A stretch of DNA of 64,000 nucleotides from the NCBI GenBank assembly GCA_043827405.1, contig JBDRPD010000034.1:40175-104174 (forward strand), in the 5' to 3' direction. This document shows, piece by piece, positions 17,103-26,099 of this stretch (positions are counted from its first letter, which is position 1; the number at the start of each line of letters is the position of its first letter). Made by a program: the position numbers and the translations under genes. Origin of the DNA: Elusimicrobiota bacterium. GTDB lineage: Bacteria > Elusimicrobiota > Elusimicrobia > UBA1565. The notes under the pieces were generated by a model. It was not told the origin of the DNA. It ran no database searches and saw only the letters and a program-made list of their open reading frames with translations.

Positions 17103-20045
17103 ATGCGCCCGTTCATGCCGCATCCTATTCTCCGGCCGGTGCGCCGTCCGCGAAAATCCGAAACCGCTTTGCTGTCCGTTCTGGTGTTGGCGAGCGCCGT
17201 GTTGCTGACTTTCTGGATCCGAGGGGGCGAGAAGAAGTCGGCCGTGCCCGCTGGCGAAGAGATGCCGTCCTTCCGAGCTCCGGCGGCCGGTGGGCTGTTC
17301 GCTTTGCGGCGGCTCCCGCATTTTAGTGTCGACGTCGCACCCGAGTTCCTGCGCGCCTTGGACCGGGCGCGTCCGCCGGTGCCCGTGAGCTGCCGCAAGG
17401 TGCGCTATAAGTACGTTCCCGCGCGTGGCGCTGGGCTGGACGGAGAGGCGCTGCCGGGGCCGTATCGGCTTAGATACCGAGGTTACTGCGCCCCGCACTG
17501 GCGGCATCGGCAGAGGTCCTTTAAGCTGCGCGGGCCGGGTGGACGCTCTCCGTACGGCTACCGCACGCTGAACCTCAACGCACTGGCGATCGATCCCTAC
17601 CTCTTCGAGCCGTGGGCGGCTCAGGTCCTGTACCGGTCGGGCGGCATCGCCAGCCGGAGCGCTTTGGCCCGGCTGACGCTTAACGGGCAATACGATGGGC
17701 TGCGTTCTCTGAGCGAGAACCTGGATGCGGACCTTTTGGCGCAGCAGGGCCTGCCCGAGGGCGCGCTGTACCGGGAGCGGGAGCACGCCGCGCTGGGGCG
17801 CCAATATGACTCGCTGGCCGAGCTGAAGGATTTCTGGCAGGCGAATACTCGGCAGAGCGGCTGGCAGGATCTTTGGGCGCTTAACGCCGCGATCCGCGGC
17901 TCGGTGCGCGACGGATCGGCCGAGTTCCGGCGGCGCATCAACGTCCCGCACTACATCAACTACAGCGCTGTCATCACCATAACAGGGACGAGACATCTCG
18001 GCGACCACAACATCCCGGTATATCGGCCGGGATGGGAGCCGCGATTTATCCCCGTCGGGTACGACTTCTTTGAGAACGCGATGGGCGAGCTCGGCGGCAG
18101 ATTCGTCGCAGCCCAGACGCCTTACATGGCCATGAACTGGCTGTCGCAGCTCTTTTGGTCGGACCCCGGCCTGCGCCGGCAGGTACACCGGCGGGCGGCC
18201 GAGATCCTGCGGCGTTTCCCCGACCTCGCCGGCTGGTACGACGATATCCTAAAGACGGCGGAGCCGGCGTTGAGCGAAGACCTCCCGCGGGGGAGGGCGC
18301 TGTCGCATATCGGGAGCGTGTCAACGCTGGCGGACTACCGCGAGAGCAATACTGTGCGGCGCCGGCTACGCATGCGCGTCGAGTTTCTGCGCCGCGCCTA
18401 TTTGAGTCCTGCGGCACGCATTACGCCGCGTTGGAGCGGCCAGCGCGAGGCGCAGCTGGCGATCGAAGGCGCCGGAGCCTATTCCGTACTGCTGGCTCCG
18501 GAGCGGGACGTGTGCCGGAAAGGCGACATGGTCCGTGTCCGCGTCCATAAGGGAGCTTGGCGCACGGTCATCGCCTGCGCGGCGGGCAAGCCCGCCGCGC
18601 GGGAGTTTTTGGCCGAGCGCAACGATATCGAGCGGCCCGAGCTGTCGACGCCCGGCGGCGTCCTGCGCAACAGCATCGGCGCCGTGCTCGTGGATATCGA
18701 GAACCGAAGCGGGATGCGGCTCATCCGGCCGGTGATCCGGTCGCTGCAGACCGGAGCGGACGTGCCGGTTAGCGAAGACTGGCCGTTTGACATCCGCCGG
18801 CTCGCCAACGGCAAAGCGGCGCTCGGCGCTCCGGCGCTGCCCTACCGCGAAGACCTGAGCGCCGGAGACGGCTATACTTGGATCGCCGTGCCGGAGCGCC
18901 AGACGCCCTTCTCGTATGACGCGGCGGCGCATATCTTAACCATCGACGGAGGGGTAGCGGGGTCCGAGACTTTCGGCTCCTACGGCCCGCTGCTGTGCTG
19001 GCGCCGTGACGGGCGCGGCTTCTGCTACGAGTTCAACCGTTATTATGCGGCGGGGGATGAGCCGGCGGCGGAGCCGTCGCCGGCGGCGGATTGGAGGACG
19101 CTGGACGCAATCGGCCTGGCGCGGAAGATCGGCCTGCACAAGGTCGCCCCCGGCCGCTGGCGCGTCCGCCGGTCGGCTGTGCTGCCCGCGGGCTTGGCGC
19201 TCGAGTTCGCCGCCGGAGCGCGCCTGTACTTCGACCCGGGCGTCTATCTTATTGTGCGGGGCGACGTCAGTTTTCCCGCGACGGGGGAGCACGTGACGTT
19301 TACGGCTTACGATAAGGAATGGGGCGGCTTGGTGCTCGCCCGGGACGGCGGAAGCGTCGAGGTCAGAAACGCGCACTTCAGTCGTGCCAACGAGTTCTAT
19401 CACCAGGGGCGACGCTACACCGCGGCGCTGACCATCGACGGCCCGGCAAAAGCGCGGATTGCCGCCTCCGCCTTTACCTCTAATTTTGGCGACGACGGCC
19501 TCAATGTCGTCGGCGCCGAGGCCAGCGTTACCGGCAACATATTCCTCGACAATCGCGACGCCATGGACTTCGACCGATGTAAGACCATGCTGTGGGAGAA
19601 CATCGTGGCACGTTCCGCCGACGACGGCGTCGACTTCGGCGGCGGCACGGCCGCGTTGTGGGACAATATAGTCTGCGGCTCCGGCGACAAGGGGATATCG
19701 GTCGGCGAGGGCGCCGAGGTCCGCGTCTCTAGTTCGCTGGTCGCGGGCAACAACGTGGGCATCGGCGTCAAGGAAGATTCACGCGCGGTCCTGCGCTCCG
19801 TGCTGCTGAGCGGTAACCGCATCGGAGCCAACGTCTATAAAAATCCGGAGGCCTCGGCGTCGGCGCCGCCGGGGGTTGTCGCGGGAGCTTTTCTGCTTCA
19901 CCGCAACGAGACGGACTACCAGAAAGACGGCGTCCCGGAGAAACCGGACGGCGGCGCGTCGGCGCGTCCTGATGACCCCGTTTTCCGCTATCTGCTCTTT
20001 GAAAGCAAACGGCGGGGCAGGAACATCTGTCCGGGGCTGCCTTAG
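17103..20045 (+). CDS. Membrane-anchored CotH-family kinase fused to C-terminal right-handed beta-helix
   Basis: N-terminal TM; 'RYRG....HW...RSFK', 'LNGQYDG....E', 'H..DHN', 'PVGYD'; C-terminal 'DDGLN', 'DAMDFD', 'DDGVDF', 'GDKGISVGE', 'GIGVKEDS' repeats; start may be 17115. Confidence 0.78.
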   Translation: MRPFMPHPILRPVRRPRKSETALLSVLVLASAVLLTFWIRGGEKKSAVPAGEEMPSFRAPAAGGLFALRRLPHFSVDVAPEFLRALDRARPPVPVSCRKVRYKYVPARGAGLDGEALPGPYRLRYRGYCAPHWRHRQRSFKLRGPGGRSPYGYRTLNLNALAIDPYLFEPWAAQVLYRSGGIASRSALARLTLNGQYDGLRSLSENLDADLLAQQGLPEGALYREREHAALGRQYDSLAELKDFWQANTRQSGWQDLWALNAAIRGSVRDGSAEFRRRINVPHYINYSAVITITGTRHLGDHNIPVYRPGWEPRFIPVGYDFFENAMGELGGRFVAAQTPYMAMNWLSQLFWSDPGLRRQVHRRAAEILRRFPDLAGWYDDILKTAEPALSEDLPRGRALSHIGSVSTLADYRESNTVRRRLRMRVEFLRRAYLSPAARITPRWSGQREAQLAIEGAGAYSVLLAPERDVCRKGDMVRVRVHKGAWRTVIACAAGKPAAREFLAERNDIERPELSTPGGVLRNSIGAVLVDIENRSGMRLIRPVIRSLQTGADVPVSEDWPFDIRRLANGKAALGAPALPYREDLSAGDGYTWIAVPERQTPFSYDAAAHILTIDGGVAGSETFGSYGPLLCWRRDGRGFCYEFNRYYAAGDEPAAEPSPAADWRTLDAIGLARKIGLHKVAPGRWRVRRSAVLPAGLALEFAAGARLYFDPGVYLIVRGDVSFPATGEHVTFTAYDKEWGGLVLARDGGSVEVRNAHFSRANEFYHQGRRYTAALTIDGPAKARIAASAFTSNFGDDGLNVVGAEASVTGNIFLDNRDAMDFDRCKTMLWENIVARSADDGVDFGGGTAALWDNIVCGSGDKGISVGEGAEVRVSSSLVAGNNVGIGVKEDSRAVLRSVLLSGNRIGANVYKNPEASASAPPGVVAGAFLLHRNETDYQKDGVPEKPDGGASARPDDPVFRYLLFESKRRGRNICPGLP

Positions 20046-20049
20046 ACGG

Positions 20050-21057
20050 CTAGAGTCGGGCGGCTTCTTCCAGGCAGGGACGGATCGCCGCTTCCGCGCG
20101 GCGGTAGGCCGCCGGAGCCAGCCAGGCATGATAGCGCGTTTTCAGGTAGAGTGCCCGGGCGCCTTTGAGCGCGCCGAGCAGGGCGGCGGGCAGCAGGGTC
20201 TTCTTGTAGAGGGGATGCGACGGGGCCCGTTCGCGGAATTCCCGGATTAATACCTTGCGCGCCTCGTCGGGCCTGAGCCCTTTGAGCAGATAGGTCGCCA
20301 CTTCGACCGCCAGCGCTTCGCGCTTTTTTTCCAGCACATCCGGGGGCGGGTTTCCCGACTTAAGCGCCAGGAGCGCCTCTGCGAAGTCTTTGTGGTAGTC
20401 GCCGGTTATCTGTGCCTCATGGATGCGCCGCACCGACAGCGGTTCGCGGATCGCGCCTACCAGCATCCCGGCGCCGAGCATGCGGCTGTAGAGTTCGGTG
20501 TCTTCCAAAATCTTTAGGTCTTCGCGGTAGTAGCCGTGCTCGGCAAAGGATTCCCGGCGTACCGCGATATTGGTCGTCACGTAGGGCAGGTGCTCGTCGC
20601 CGACGGCGTAGTAGCCGGGAACCGCGCCCTCCGGGATGTCCCGGTCGGGAGCAAAGAGCGGGCCGATGATGCGATCAAAGCGCCGCACATAGGCGTTGGA
20701 GAACCAGAATCCGATCTCGGGGCGCCGCTCCGCGGCGGCGCGGAAGCGGCCCAGGCGTTCGGGCAGATACAGGTCGTCGGAATCCAGGAAAGTCACGAAT
20801 TTGCCGCGGGCGCGGCGGATCGCCAGGTTGCGGCAGACATGCTGCCTGCGGTTTTCCTGCTGGTGGATGATGTTTAGGCGCGGATCTTTGGGCAGGGCGC
20901 CGAGCACTCTGCGGGTATCATCGGTGGAGCCGTCATCGATCACCAGGCATTCAAAATCCCGCTCCTTTTGGCGCAGTACGCTCAGCACCGCCGCCGCGGC
21001 CATGCGGGCCCGGTTGTAAGTGGGGAGAATAATGGAAAAAAACGGTTTCTCCGCCAA
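20050..21057 (-). CDS. Glycosyltransferase family 2 (soluble GT-A)
   Basis: 'SIILPTYNR', 'DDGSTD', 'FLDSDD', 'ED' motif; TTG start 3 bp after upstream stop. Confidence 0.88.
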   Translation of the reverse strand: MAEKPFFSIILPTYNRARMAAAAVLSVLRQKERDFECLVIDDGSTDDTRRVLGALPKDPRLNIIHQQENRRQHVCRNLAIRRARGKFVTFLDSDDLYLPERLGRFRAAAERRPEIGFWFSNAYVRRFDRIIGPLFAPDRDIPEGAVPGYYAVGDEHLPYVTTNIAVRRESFAEHGYYREDLKILEDTELYSRMLGAGMLVGAIREPLSVRRIHEAQITGDYHKDFAEALLALKSGNPPPDVLEKKREALAVEVATYLLKGLRPDEARKVLIREFRERAPSHPLYKKTLLPAALLGALKGARALYLKTRYHAWLAPAAYRRAEAAIRPCLEEAARL

Positions 21058-21060
21058 GGA

Positions 21061-21594
21061 CTAAACCTTCGGTTTGTGCAGGCCGTGCGTGAACTTGAAG
21101 AGCGCGAGACAGATCAAGACGATGAAGATGCCGTACGCTCCCTGCTCGGCATATCTCGCGGCGGAGTAGGCTTCGGGCCGCAGCATCTGGATCACCATGA
21201 GAGCTATTAGTGCGGCATAGGAGGTGGCGAGGGTCTGCATTTGGGTTCCGTAGAGCGCCGACCCCATGGGGGAAAGCAGGAGCAGCAGCCAGATCGGCTT
21301 CCAGTAGAATCCGAAAAAGTAGACGAGGAGGATATTGGTCGCGGTGTTGAGCCAAACCCGCAGCAGGACCCTTTTTCTCCGCTGCTCCGGTGAAGTTCCC
21401 AGCCAATCGAAGGATATCATGTTGAGAAGCGCGGAGAAGACGATCAGGCCGATGATAAACTCGCGCTTGGGGCTCGGCGGCATCGAGACGATAAAGCCGG
21501 ATCCCACCAGAAAGATCGAAAGCGGCGTGAAGTAATTACTGACGGTATGCGTCATCTTCTTGCTCGTGTCGGCGGGTTTGTTAGTCATATTCAT
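21061..21594 (-). CDS. Multi-TM membrane protein, resembles a stand-alone sensor membrane module
   Basis: About six hydrophobic segments, no soluble catalytic domain; abuts pilin gene. Confidence 0.6.
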   Translation of the reverse strand: MNMTNKPADTSKKMTHTVSNYFTPLSIFLVGSGFIVSMPPSPKREFIIGLIVFSALLNMISFDWLGTSPEQRRKRVLLRVWLNTATNILLVYFFGFYWKPIWLLLLLSPMGSALYGTQMQTLATSYAALIALMVIQMLRPEAYSAARYAEQGAYGIFIVLICLALFKFTHGLHKPKV

Positions 21595-22032
21595 TCAATA
21601 GGTGGACCATGCCGTGCCCTTGCCGTCGGTGTGGGTGCAGTTCACCCATACATTCCCATAGTCGGGCGCGGTCGCATCGTTGTTGTATGCCCAGCCGCCG
21701 GCGTCATCGATGCCGTTCGGGCTGGAGACGTTCAGGACGGACATCGAGTCGGGGTGATATTCCTTCAGCGACGTTTTGGGAATCTCCGCCAGATAACGGC
21801 CATTGACGGTGAGCGCTCCCACCTCGTAAGGGTGCTGCGTCAGGACATCCGCATAGTAGATCGAAAGGGCGCTGCGGATCGAGCCGAGATTGCCCTTGGT
21901 GGCCGAATCCCGGGATTTGCGCATCACGGTTCCGAGCCGCTGCAGGGCGATCGTGCCGAGGATGCCGATGATAACCGTGACGATCATCAGCTCTATGATC
22001 GTATAGCCGCCGTGTTTTCGCAGACGCTGCAT
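21595..22032 (-). CDS. Type IV pilin / pseudopilin-like protein
   Basis: Class III signal peptide 'RKHGG|YTIIELMIVTVIIGILGTIAL', then 'ATKGNLGSIRSALSIYYAD'. Confidence 0.88.
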   Translation of the reverse strand: MQRLRKHGGYTIIELMIVTVIIGILGTIALQRLGTVMRKSRDSATKGNLGSIRSALSIYYADVLTQHPYEVGALTVNGRYLAEIPKTSLKEYHPDSMSVLNVSSPNGIDDAGGWAYNNDATAPDYGNVWVNCTHTDGKGTAWSTY

Positions 22033-22038
22033 AATCCG

Positions 22039-22047
22039 ATTCTACCA
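22039..22047 (-). promoter_or_regulatory. Extended -10 promoter (TGgTAGAAT) 6 nt upstream of pilin ATG
   Basis: Minus strand reads TGGTAGAATcggattATG. Confidence 0.5.
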
Positions 22048-22066
22048 GTTTCTCGCGCCCAAACTC

Positions 22067-24094
22067 CTACGGGAGCGCGCCGCGGGGCGCCGGCGTTCTC
22101 TCTATGCGGAGTATATGCGCCGGTACTTCGCGGGGACGAAGCTCCACGTAGTTGCGCCTTCCGCGCCACGGGTAGCGGGCGTCGGTCAGCAGATCGTGTA
22201 CCTGATAGGGCTGGTTCTCATCGAGGCCGAAGTCGGCAAGGGGGAGGTCTACCCAGCCGGACTGCGGGCGCAGAGGGTCCAGGCTGATAATCACCACCAC
22301 GGGGTCGTTCGGGGACTCCTCCGCGTGTTTGCTGTAGCACAGGATATTATCGTTGTCCACGGCGAGGAATCGCAGGCTCCAGTCGTTGTGCAGAGCCGGA
22401 AGGGCTCTTCGTATGCCGTTGACGCGCGCGATAAGCCCTTGTATCCCGCGTGAGTCTCCGCGGTTCCAATGCCGGAGCTGATACTTTTCCGAGTTCAAGT
22501 ACTCTTCCTGGCCTTCCGCTTTCGCGCTGCTTTCGCAGAGCTCGAACGCCGGTCCGTAGATGCCGTAGCTGGCGCCCAAAGTGGATGCGAGCAGGTAGCG
22601 GACCATGAAGGCGGAATGCCCGCCTTGTTGGAGGTAGGCTATGAGGATGTCGGGCGTATTGGTCCATAAGTTTGGACGGTAGAATTCCCGGACTTCGCTC
22701 TGCGTCAGTTCGGTGAAGTACTCGATGATCTCGTGCTTGCCGGTCTTCCAGGGGAAGTAGTTGTAGGACTGGGTAAATCCCAGCTTGGCGAGCCGGTACA
22801 TTATCTTGGGCCGGGTGAAGGCCTCGGCCAAAAACAGGACGTCCGGATGCTGGGTGCGAATCTCCCGGATCAGCCACTCCCAGAACTCAAAAGGCTTGGT
22901 GTGCGGGTTGTCGACGCGAAATATCCGCACCCCCTGTTCTATCCAGAATAAGAATATGCTCCGGCATTCCTCCCAGAGTTCGCGCCACTGCGCGCATGCA
23001 AAGTCGAACGGATAGATGTCCTCGTATTTTTTGGGCGGATTTTCGGCGTATTGGATTGTGCCGTCGGGCCGGCGGCGGAACCATTCGGGATGTTCCTTCA
23101 CGTAGGGATGGTCGGGCGAGCACTGCAGGGCGATATCCAGGGCGACTTCCAGTCCGCAGCGGGAGGCCTTCTCGATTAGTTCCCGGAAATCGGCCAGCGT
23201 GCCCAGCGCGCCGTGGATGGATTTATGGCCGCCCTCTGCGGACCCTATCGCCCAGGGGCTTCCGGGATCTTCCGGTCCCGCCGTGAGCGCATTGTTCTTT
23301 CCCTTGCGATGCGTACGCCCGATGGGATGAATGGGCGGCAGATAGAGGACGTCGAACCCCATATCCGCGATGTAAGACAGCCGGCCGACGCAGTCGCGAA
23401 AAGTTCCGTGCTCGCCGGGCTTCGGGGCGCAGGAGCGAGGAAACATTTCGTACCATGCGCCGCAGCGCGCCCGGTCCCGGTCGATCCATGCTTCCAGCTC
23501 TTTCCCATAGCTCGCTATTCGGCGGCGGTCGGGGTAGCGGCGTGCCAGTTCGGCTATCTCCGGGCCGAGGATGCCGCGGATACGCTCGCCGCTGCCGGTT
23601 TCCTGGCGCAGTTTTTGCGCGCAGGCGCGCAGGCGGCGCGCATCGGCGCCGGCGGCGCGCCGGGCCGTCTGCTCCAGGCGGCCGGCTCCGATGAGCAGAT
23701 CTACCCGCAAATCCTGTCCTGCCGCCAGGCGCTTGTCGAGGTCGCGCAGCCATGTCATGAAGGGGTCGATCCATGCCTGGGCCGTGAATTTATAGCGTCC
23801 GATCTCGGTCGCGGTGAATTCCGCCGACCAGCAGTCGTTTCCGACGGGCTGAAGGGGGATCACGTTCCAGTCCGGCCGAGATTCGTGCCGGTATCTGAGA
23901 TTGCATACGAGTTCTTCATGCCCGTCGGCGAAAATGTGCGCCGTTACTCGAATCTTCTCCCCCACCGTCCTTTTGAGGGGGAAGCGCCCGGCGTCTATTT
24001 CGGGCATCAGCCTCTCGATCACCACGCGCTGCCGGCCCTTGGCCGAAAAAGTCCGATGAGCCGTCTTCGGGGCGCCCGCTTGATTGTTGTTCAT
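22067..24094 (-). CDS. glgE: Alpha-1,4-glucan:maltose-1-phosphate maltosyltransferase
   Basis: 'WYEMFPRS', 'LPPIHPIG', 'PGSPWAIG', 'QCSPDHP', 'YAENPPKKYEDIYP', 'FRVDNPHTKP', 'AEAFTRP'. Confidence 0.95.
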   Translation of the reverse strand: MNNNQAGAPKTAHRTFSAKGRQRVVIERLMPEIDAGRFPLKRTVGEKIRVTAHIFADGHEELVCNLRYRHESRPDWNVIPLQPVGNDCWSAEFTATEIGRYKFTAQAWIDPFMTWLRDLDKRLAAGQDLRVDLLIGAGRLEQTARRAAGADARRLRACAQKLRQETGSGERIRGILGPEIAELARRYPDRRRIASYGKELEAWIDRDRARCGAWYEMFPRSCAPKPGEHGTFRDCVGRLSYIADMGFDVLYLPPIHPIGRTHRKGKNNALTAGPEDPGSPWAIGSAEGGHKSIHGALGTLADFRELIEKASRCGLEVALDIALQCSPDHPYVKEHPEWFRRRPDGTIQYAENPPKKYEDIYPFDFACAQWRELWEECRSIFLFWIEQGVRIFRVDNPHTKPFEFWEWLIREIRTQHPDVLFLAEAFTRPKIMYRLAKLGFTQSYNYFPWKTGKHEIIEYFTELTQSEVREFYRPNLWTNTPDILIAYLQQGGHSAFMVRYLLASTLGASYGIYGPAFELCESSAKAEGQEEYLNSEKYQLRHWNRGDSRGIQGLIARVNGIRRALPALHNDWSLRFLAVDNDNILCYSKHAEESPNDPVVVIISLDPLRPQSGWVDLPLADFGLDENQPYQVHDLLTDARYPWRGRRNYVELRPREVPAHILRIERTPAPRGALP

Positions 24095-25296
24095 TGTGGA
24101 ATCAGACGCGCGTAAAGTTTTACCGTTTCTTGGGCGATCCTATCCCAGCTGAAGTCCCGTTCCACGCGGGCACGTCCGTTCTTGCCGAACGTCTCCCGCA
24201 GGGAGGGGTCGGATAAGAGGCGGTTTATGGCGCAAGCCAGATCCGCGGAGAACTCGGCCGGATGTTCCGGTTCGAATGTGCCGTCCGTCTTGGAACGGAA
24301 AGGTACGGTGAGGCCCGTCTCTCCCGGGACCACGACTTCTTTTATCCCGCCCACGTCGGACGCCACGACGGCGGTCTCGCACGCCATGGCTTCCAGATTG
24401 ATGATGCCGAAGGGCTCATAGATGGATGGGCAGCAGAATACGGCGGCGTTGCTGTAGAGCTCGATCGCGTCGGTTTTGGACACCATCTTTTCGATCCAGA
24501 CCACGTTCTTCCGGGTCTTTCTTATCGCGCGGACCCGCTCCGCCATCTCCCGGGCGATCTCGGCGGTATCCGGAGCCCCGGCGCAAAGCACTACCTGGAC
24601 GCGGGGGTCGATCTTCGGTATTGCGTTGACGAGGTGGATGATGCCTTTTTGCCGCGTAATTCGGCCCACGAACAGGACGTAGGGGATATCCGGGTCCACG
24701 CCGGATTCCGTGAGGAAGCGCTTCTCGTTATTTTTTCTATATTCGTTGATGTCTATGCCGTTATGGATCACGTGGATCTTTTCGGGAGGGACATCATAGC
24801 AGCGAAGAATATCCTTCTTGACCTCCCGCGACACGGCGATCACGGCGTCCGCGGAAAGAATGGCGGTCCTCTCTATCCAACCGCTCAAATCATAGGCGTT
24901 TCCCAATTGCTCTCTCTTCCAGGGCCTTAGAGGCTCCAGCGAGTGGGTCGTGATGACCAGGGGGACGCCATGGAGGATTTTCGCGAAGTGGCCGCCCAGC
25001 ATGGAATACCAAGTGTGGCAGTGCACGACATCGGCGGTATTATCCTTGCAGAAGTTGAGGTTGATGCTGACGGCCTCCAGCGCCTTGGCAAAGCCGGGAT
25101 TCGCGGACTTGGATATTTCCTTCCAGGGGTCGAAACCCCGCACGGTCAGGCGCGGCCGATCGACGCGCTGATCGCCGAAGCAGCGGACCTCGACGTCGAT
25201 CAGCTTCGCCAGTGCGTTGGCGAGGTATTCCACCGCGACGCCGGCTCCGCCGTAAACATTCGGCGGATATTCGTTCGTGTAGATGGCGGCTTTCAT
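24091..25296 (-). CDS. glgA: GT4 glycogen synthase of GlgM type (maltose-1-phosphate synthase, actinobacterial 'glgA')
   Basis: 'EYPPNVYGGAG', 'HTWY', 'HSLEPLRPWKREQLG', 'GRITRQKG', 'CAGAPDT', 'YEPFGIINLEAMAC'. Confidence 0.9.
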   Translation of the reverse strand: MKAAIYTNEYPPNVYGGAGVAVEYLANALAKLIDVEVRCFGDQRVDRPRLTVRGFDPWKEISKSANPGFAKALEAVSINLNFCKDNTADVVHCHTWYSMLGGHFAKILHGVPLVITTHSLEPLRPWKREQLGNAYDLSGWIERTAILSADAVIAVSREVKKDILRCYDVPPEKIHVIHNGIDINEYRKNNEKRFLTESGVDPDIPYVLFVGRITRQKGIIHLVNAIPKIDPRVQVVLCAGAPDTAEIAREMAERVRAIRKTRKNVVWIEKMVSKTDAIELYSNAAVFCCPSIYEPFGIINLEAMACETAVVASDVGGIKEVVVPGETGLTVPFRSKTDGTFEPEHPAEFSADLACAINRLLSDPSLRETFGKNGRARVERDFSWDRIAQETVKLYARLIPQ

Positions 25297-25394
25297 GTTC
25301 AGGCATTTTATATCATTCTCAACTTCGCCGGTCTACCGATCCGACTCCTCTGGCGGCGGCGCATCCGCAGTTTTAGTATACTTCCGTTGACAAA

Positions 25395-26099
25395 ATGCCG
25401 ATTCAAGCGGCCATAATTGCCGGCGGCCAGGGCCAGCGCATGCGTGCGGTTAGCGATGTGCCCAAGGTTATGCTGCCTGTCGGCGGAAAGCCGATTCTGG
25501 AACATCAGATAGAATGGCTTAAAAAATATGGTTTTTCCGATGTTTTTTTGTGTCTCGGCTATAAGGCGGATGTCGTGCGGTCGCATTTTGGCGACGGCTC
25601 GAAGTGGGGCGTACAGCTGACCTACCGGATCGAAGAGACTGCACGCGGTACAGCGGGCGCGGTTGCCGATTTGGCGCCGTCGCTTTTGGGCGATCTGCTC
25701 ATTGTATACGGCGACTTGTTTCTGCAAATGGACTGCGCGCGCCTGCTGGCGGAGCATGGGCGCCATGACGGGCTTGCCACCTTGGTGGTACGCCGGACCG
25801 AGCATCCGCATGATTCCGATCTGGTGATGGCGGACCCGGAGGGGCGTATCCGCGCAATCGGGCGCCTGCGGGACGGTCAAGTCTCGGGTGATTTGGGCTG
25901 CGCGGCTGTCTGGGTCGTGCGGCGGGAGCTTTTGGCGCGTGTTCCGGCGGACCGGCCCAGCGATTTCGGCCGGGAGATTTTCCCGCAGGCGGTCGCCGAC
26001 GGGGAGAAGCTCATGGCCTACCGTACCGAAGAACCGGTGCTGGATATTGGGACGCCGGTGCGCTACGAGGCGTTCTGCCGGGCGTACGATTTGCAGTGA
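25395..26099 (+). CDS. Sugar-1-phosphate nucleotidyltransferase (HddC-like heptose-1-P guanylyltransferase)
   Basis: 'AGGQGQRM...PK.M..VGGKP', 'GTAGA', 'YGD', 'DIGTP'; heptose gene context. Confidence 0.8.
   Translation: MPIQAAIIAGGQGQRMRAVSDVPKVMLPVGGKPILEHQIEWLKKYGFSDVFLCLGYKADVVRSHFGDGSKWGVQLTYRIEETARGTAGAVADLAPSLLGDLLIVYGDLFLQMDCARLLAEHGRHDGLATLVVRRTEHPHDSDLVMADPEGRIRAIGRLRDGQVSGDLGCAAVWVVRRELLARVPADRPSDFGREIFPQAVADGEKLMAYRTEEPVLDIGTPVRYEAFCRAYDLQ

Noticed and set aside
17103..20045. CotH as evidence of sporulation
   Set aside because: No sporulation genes; CotH-like domains occur widely in non-sporulating bacteria
15629..25394. Mobile element explaining the strand-switched block inside the glycan locus
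   Set aside because: No integrase, transposase, terminal repeats or target duplication seen
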